NCBI GenBank assembly: GCA_048882045.1
Contig: JBHLRZ010000039.1
Location: 1-27,006, forward strand
Source of the DNA: Candidatus Thorarchaeota archaeon
GTDB lineage: Archaea > Asgardarchaeota > Thorarchaeia > Thorarchaeales > Thorarchaeaceae
Length of the DNA: 27,006 nt
Direction of reading: 5' to 3'
Both the position numbers and the translations under genes were made by a program. Below the pieces are notes generated by a model that was given only the letters and a program-made list of their open reading frames with translations, searched no databases and had not been told where the DNA came from. Numbering within the stretch: the first letter of the stretch is position 1; each line of letters starts with the position of its first letter. Shown here piece after piece: positions 23,788 to 27,006 of the stretch.

Positions 23788-26163
23788 GTGAGAGAAGTGA
23801 CCTCTAGAAGTCAAATGATGCTAAATCGCTTTCTTGGATCTAAGACGCATTTGAGTATTGAAAGGACTAAGTTGCATACTGATTCGATGAAATCATCCGA
23901 GGGAGAACCTCAAATAATCAGACAAGCGAAGGCTCTCGCAAACATACTGAAAGGCATCTCTGTGACGATATACCCAGACGAGCTAGTTGTAGGTAGTGTT
24001 ACGGACAAAGTTCGGGGTGCAATGGTTTATCCAGAAGCTCATGATTCGCGAATTGTTCCAGAGCTTGAAGAGCTGAAAACAAGAGATTGCCGAGTTATAG
24101 AAGTCACACAAGAGGACATCAGTGCTATGCAAGAGGAAATCGCTTCCTATTGGACTGATGCCTCCTTGATAGCGCAAGCTGACAAGAAGACTCCTGAGAA
24201 GATAATGGAAACCTTGTACGCAGGTTCTGTCTTCATTCTCACAGAGGTCGCTGGATTTGGCCACTTAAGCATAAACTATCCTATGCTTTTCTCAATGGGC
24301 TTTGAAAAATTCAACGAAATAGCAGAGAAACGTATTGACGAATATAGTGGAACAACAGATACAGAGCTACTCAACAAGATCGACTTCTATAAGGCAGCTA
24401 AAATCGTAGCTGATGCAATAATCCAATTCGCAAATCGATATTCCAAAAGTGCAGTGATGTTAGCCCAAGATGAGAAGGATTTCAAGAGAAAGGCAGAGCT
24501 TGAGAGGATTGCTGAAATATGTCAATGGGTTCCTGCGAAACCACCAAGGAACTTGCACGAGGCAATTCAGTTCATTAGATTCACCCACCTTGCTCTCACC
24601 ATCGAAACATATGATGGGCAAGCAATCTCAATGGGACGGATTGATCAATACCTTCAACCATTCTATGAGAATGATATCAAATCTGGAAAATTGACAAAGG
24701 AAGGAGCACTAGAGCTTGTAGAAATGCTCTGGATTAAGACGAATGAACATGTCCCTGCATTTGATAGCTTCACTGGGATGTATTTTGAGGGGTTGTTGAC
24801 AACACAGGCAGCAACAATTGGGGGTATTGATGAAGAGGGATTTGATGCAACAAACGAGATGACTTACCTGATTCTACAAGCTACAAAGAATATTGGACTT
24901 CCCCTGCCAAATGTCCATGTCAGGATTCATCAGAAGAGTCCTTCAGATCTTATGGGAGAGATTGCCACTGTTGTTGCTTCAGGTGCGAATAATATAGCAA
25001 TTTTCAACGATGAGGTAATTGTCAAAGCATGGAAAAAACAAGGGATTTCGGAAGAGGAGGCTAGAAATTATGCAACTGTTGGATGTGTGGAGCTGGCTCC
25101 ATTTGGCAACAGTTTCACGTCATCAGATGCAGCACTCTTCAATCTCGCTATGTGTTTAGAGCTTGCGTTGAACAACGGTGAAACATTACTATTGGGAGCA
25201 GAACTTGGTCTCAAGACTGGCGACCCTCTGAAGTGGCAATCAATTGATGATGTTATCCAAGCATTTCAAAAACAAGTTTCATACTTAGTGGGACTCATGG
25301 CAGAGGGTTCAAACTCTTTCGAACAATTGAATATGGATATGATGCCAACCCCCTTACTTTCACTCTGTGTAGAGGATTGTTTTGAAAAAGGTCGTGACAT
25401 TACGAGCGGTTCTGCAAAGTACAATTTCACTGGTGTTCAGGGAGTTGGGATGGCTGACGTTGCGGACTCACTCGCAGCAATCGATCAGATTGTCTTCAGA
25501 GAAAAGAAAGTGAGTATGCATGAACTCATAGTCGCCTTGAGGGATGGATTTGAAGATCAGGAGTCACTTAGACAATTATTACAAAATAGGGCTCCTAAGT
25601 ATGGTAATGACGAGAAGTTCGTAGATGATTATGCTCAACTCGTGTCACAAATATATAGTGAAGAAGTGGAAAAGCACAAGAACATCAGAGGGGGAGCATT
25701 CATCCCTGGTATGTACTCAGTGACTACGCATGTAGCGTTTGGTCTGTTCACAGGCGCACTACCCAGTGGGCGCTTACCATCCACTCCTTTGAGTAATGGT
25801 GTTTCACCTGTAATTTTAGCTCCTTCAAAAGGTCTGACTGCAGTTCTTAATTCAGTCACAAGCATTGATTATACACTCTATCCAAATGGAGTTGCCTTCA
25901 CACTAGCATTGGATCCTACTTTTGTGGAGGGAAAAGATGGCTCAAAGTCACTTATTTCCATATTGAAATCTTATGTGGAACTAGGAGGAATGCACATACA
26001 GTTCAACTTGATCGATCCAGAAACCCTTCTTGAAGCGCAAACCAACCCCAGCTCATATCGAAATCTACTTGTAAGAGTTGCAGGGTATAGTGCATATTTT
26101 GTGGACTTAGGGGAAGCAGTTCAAAATGAGATTATTGGAAGATTCCAGAAGTCTATACATTGA
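23788..26163 (+). CDS. Glycyl radical enzyme (PFL2/PflD-like), substrate unknown
   Basis: GRIDQYL, single-Cys GCVE loop, APKYGND and RVAGYS glycyl loop; 791 aa. Confidence 0.92.
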   Translation: MREVTSRSQMMLNRFLGSKTHLSIERTKLHTDSMKSSEGEPQIIRQAKALANILKGISVTIYPDELVVGSVTDKVRGAMVYPEAHDSRIVPELEELKTRDCRVIEVTQEDISAMQEEIASYWTDASLIAQADKKTPEKIMETLYAGSVFILTEVAGFGHLSINYPMLFSMGFEKFNEIAEKRIDEYSGTTDTELLNKIDFYKAAKIVADAIIQFANRYSKSAVMLAQDEKDFKRKAELERIAEICQWVPAKPPRNLHEAIQFIRFTHLALTIETYDGQAISMGRIDQYLQPFYENDIKSGKLTKEGALELVEMLWIKTNEHVPAFDSFTGMYFEGLLTTQAATIGGIDEEGFDATNEMTYLILQATKNIGLPLPNVHVRIHQKSPSDLMGEIATVVASGANNIAIFNDEVIVKAWKKQGISEEEARNYATVGCVELAPFGNSFTSSDAALFNLAMCLELALNNGETLLLGAELGLKTGDPLKWQSIDDVIQAFQKQVSYLVGLMAEGSNSFEQLNMDMMPTPLLSLCVEDCFEKGRDITSGSAKYNFTGVQGVGMADVADSLAAIDQIVFREKKVSMHELIVALRDGFEDQESLRQLLQNRAPKYGNDEKFVDDYAQLVSQIYSEEVEKHKNIRGGAFIPGMYSVTTHVAFGLFTGALPSGRLPSTPLSNGVSPVILAPSKGLTAVLNSVTSIDYTLYPNGVAFTLALDPTFVEGKDGSKSLISILKSYVELGGMHIQFNLIDPETLLEAQTNPSSYRNLLVRVAGYSAYFVDLGEAVQNEIIGRFQKSIH

Positions 26164-26177
26164 GTATTATAAAAGAG

Positions 26178-26281
26178 AAAGGGTGCTCAACAGTGGGCGG
26201 CAAGAAAAAGGTCCCATAAGCTAACCCGCCCTTAGCCTGTACCTCTCTCTGTCCGAGGACAGAGCAAGCTATTTCACAATT
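26178..26281 (+). repeat. Dispersed repeat, full-length copy
   Basis: 90/105 identical to 10406-10510; hairpin CTCTGTC-CGAG-GACAGAG. Confidence 0.95.
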
Positions 26282-26331
26282 TGGTCGTCCATTCGCGACA
26301 AAAGTTACTGACACGTTGTAAAGGCAGACTA

Positions 26332-27006
26332 TCATCTAGTAGAACTAATGTCCTTTATTTCTTGCATCCTCAAATTATAAGCGAATATCTTTTCGGAATC
26401 GGGAACAAATTGGTTTGACTCAATTTCTAGAGCTTTTCCCACATGTTCTTCAGCCAATTCAATAAGTTGAGCTCTTAGATATCTGGTTCCGAGATAATAA
26501 TGAGCATATGATGATTCAGGATATTTCTGAACGTAAGTTTTGGCAACCTCCAAGGCCAGGGATTCTTCTCCTTGCTTATACATGCTACTCGCAACTTGGG
26601 AGTAGATTGATTCTGGAATGAGAACTTCGTACCCGTATTTTTCTGAGAGAGTTTCATAGAATGAATTTACAGCATCTAATCCATTGTCAATGATTTCCTG
26701 TGGAATCATGTCGTCGGAATGAAGTGCTCTCATTCCCTCGTATAGTGCTCTGTAAGGACCAAATTCGTGATTCTCAAGAGGAATCTCTACAGCCTTGAAA
26801 TTGGTACTTTTCTTCAAATGACTTGATAAAAGTGGAATAAAGCCATCTCTAACGCTTCGTCCTATATCTCCTCCTTCTTCAGATCCAATGGTTACAATTA
26901 GTGGTTTATCAGGTACTTTTCCTTGATCCAGTAGAGATTTGGTTCGCTCTACATAGAGGTCTTCGTCCCACCAAAGACTTGGACTAATGGCTAGATAGGC
27001 AGAGAA
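26332..27006 (-). CDS. Alpha/beta hydrolase (IroE-like esterase) with C-terminal TPR, N-terminally truncated by the window
   Basis: Frame open to the right edge: YLAISPSLWWD, VTIGSEE, ENH...ALYEG, then YPESSYAHYYLG TPR. Confidence 0.85.
   Translation of the reverse strand, partial: FSAYLAISPSLWWDEDLYVERTKSLLDQGKVPDKPLIVTIGSEEGGDIGRSVRDGFIPLLSSHLKKSTNFKAVEIPLENHEFGPYRALYEGMRALHSDDMIPQEIIDNGLDAVNSFYETLSEKYGYEVLIPESIYSQVASSMYKQGEESLALEVAKTYVQKYPESSYAHYYLGTRYLRAQLIELAEEHVGKALEIESNQFVPDSEKIFAYNLRMQEIKDISSTR

Noticed and set aside
6392-26281. Repeats as a CRISPR array
   Set aside because: Copies are kilobases apart, long, degenerate and separated by genes; no cas genes
26153-26335. Small ORFs sharing NCE(T/I)ACS peptides (also 6400-6582)
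   Set aside because: They are translations of the repeat; changes are mostly non-synonymous and frames differ between copies

Overview
Archaeal-looking accessory region. Asgard/Thorarchaeia-like origin is a tentative inference from gene families and promoter style. It holds about 29 CDS and no rRNA, tRNA, CRISPR, transposase or integrase. Content is regulators, detox and metal(loid) genes (CopB-type ATPase, Cys-type ArsA half, thioredoxin-like CC protein, PadR fusion, DGC protein), redox enzymes, two PP-loop sulfurtransferases (ThiI apparently lacking THUMP, and LarE) and an orphan glycyl-radical enzyme. Two signals stand out. (1) A family of about 10 degenerate, hairpin-forming repeats (mostly 45-125 nt), all on the + strand and at gene boundaries, splits the window into unrelated 1-5 gene modules, like a cassette or accretion platform. 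(2) One 643-aa protein fuses a SAM methyltransferase, an HgcA-like corrinoid domain, TM helices and a 2x[4Fe-4S] ferredoxin. Several operator-like palindromes can be tentatively assigned to local regulators. All calls come from reading by eye; no searches were run.
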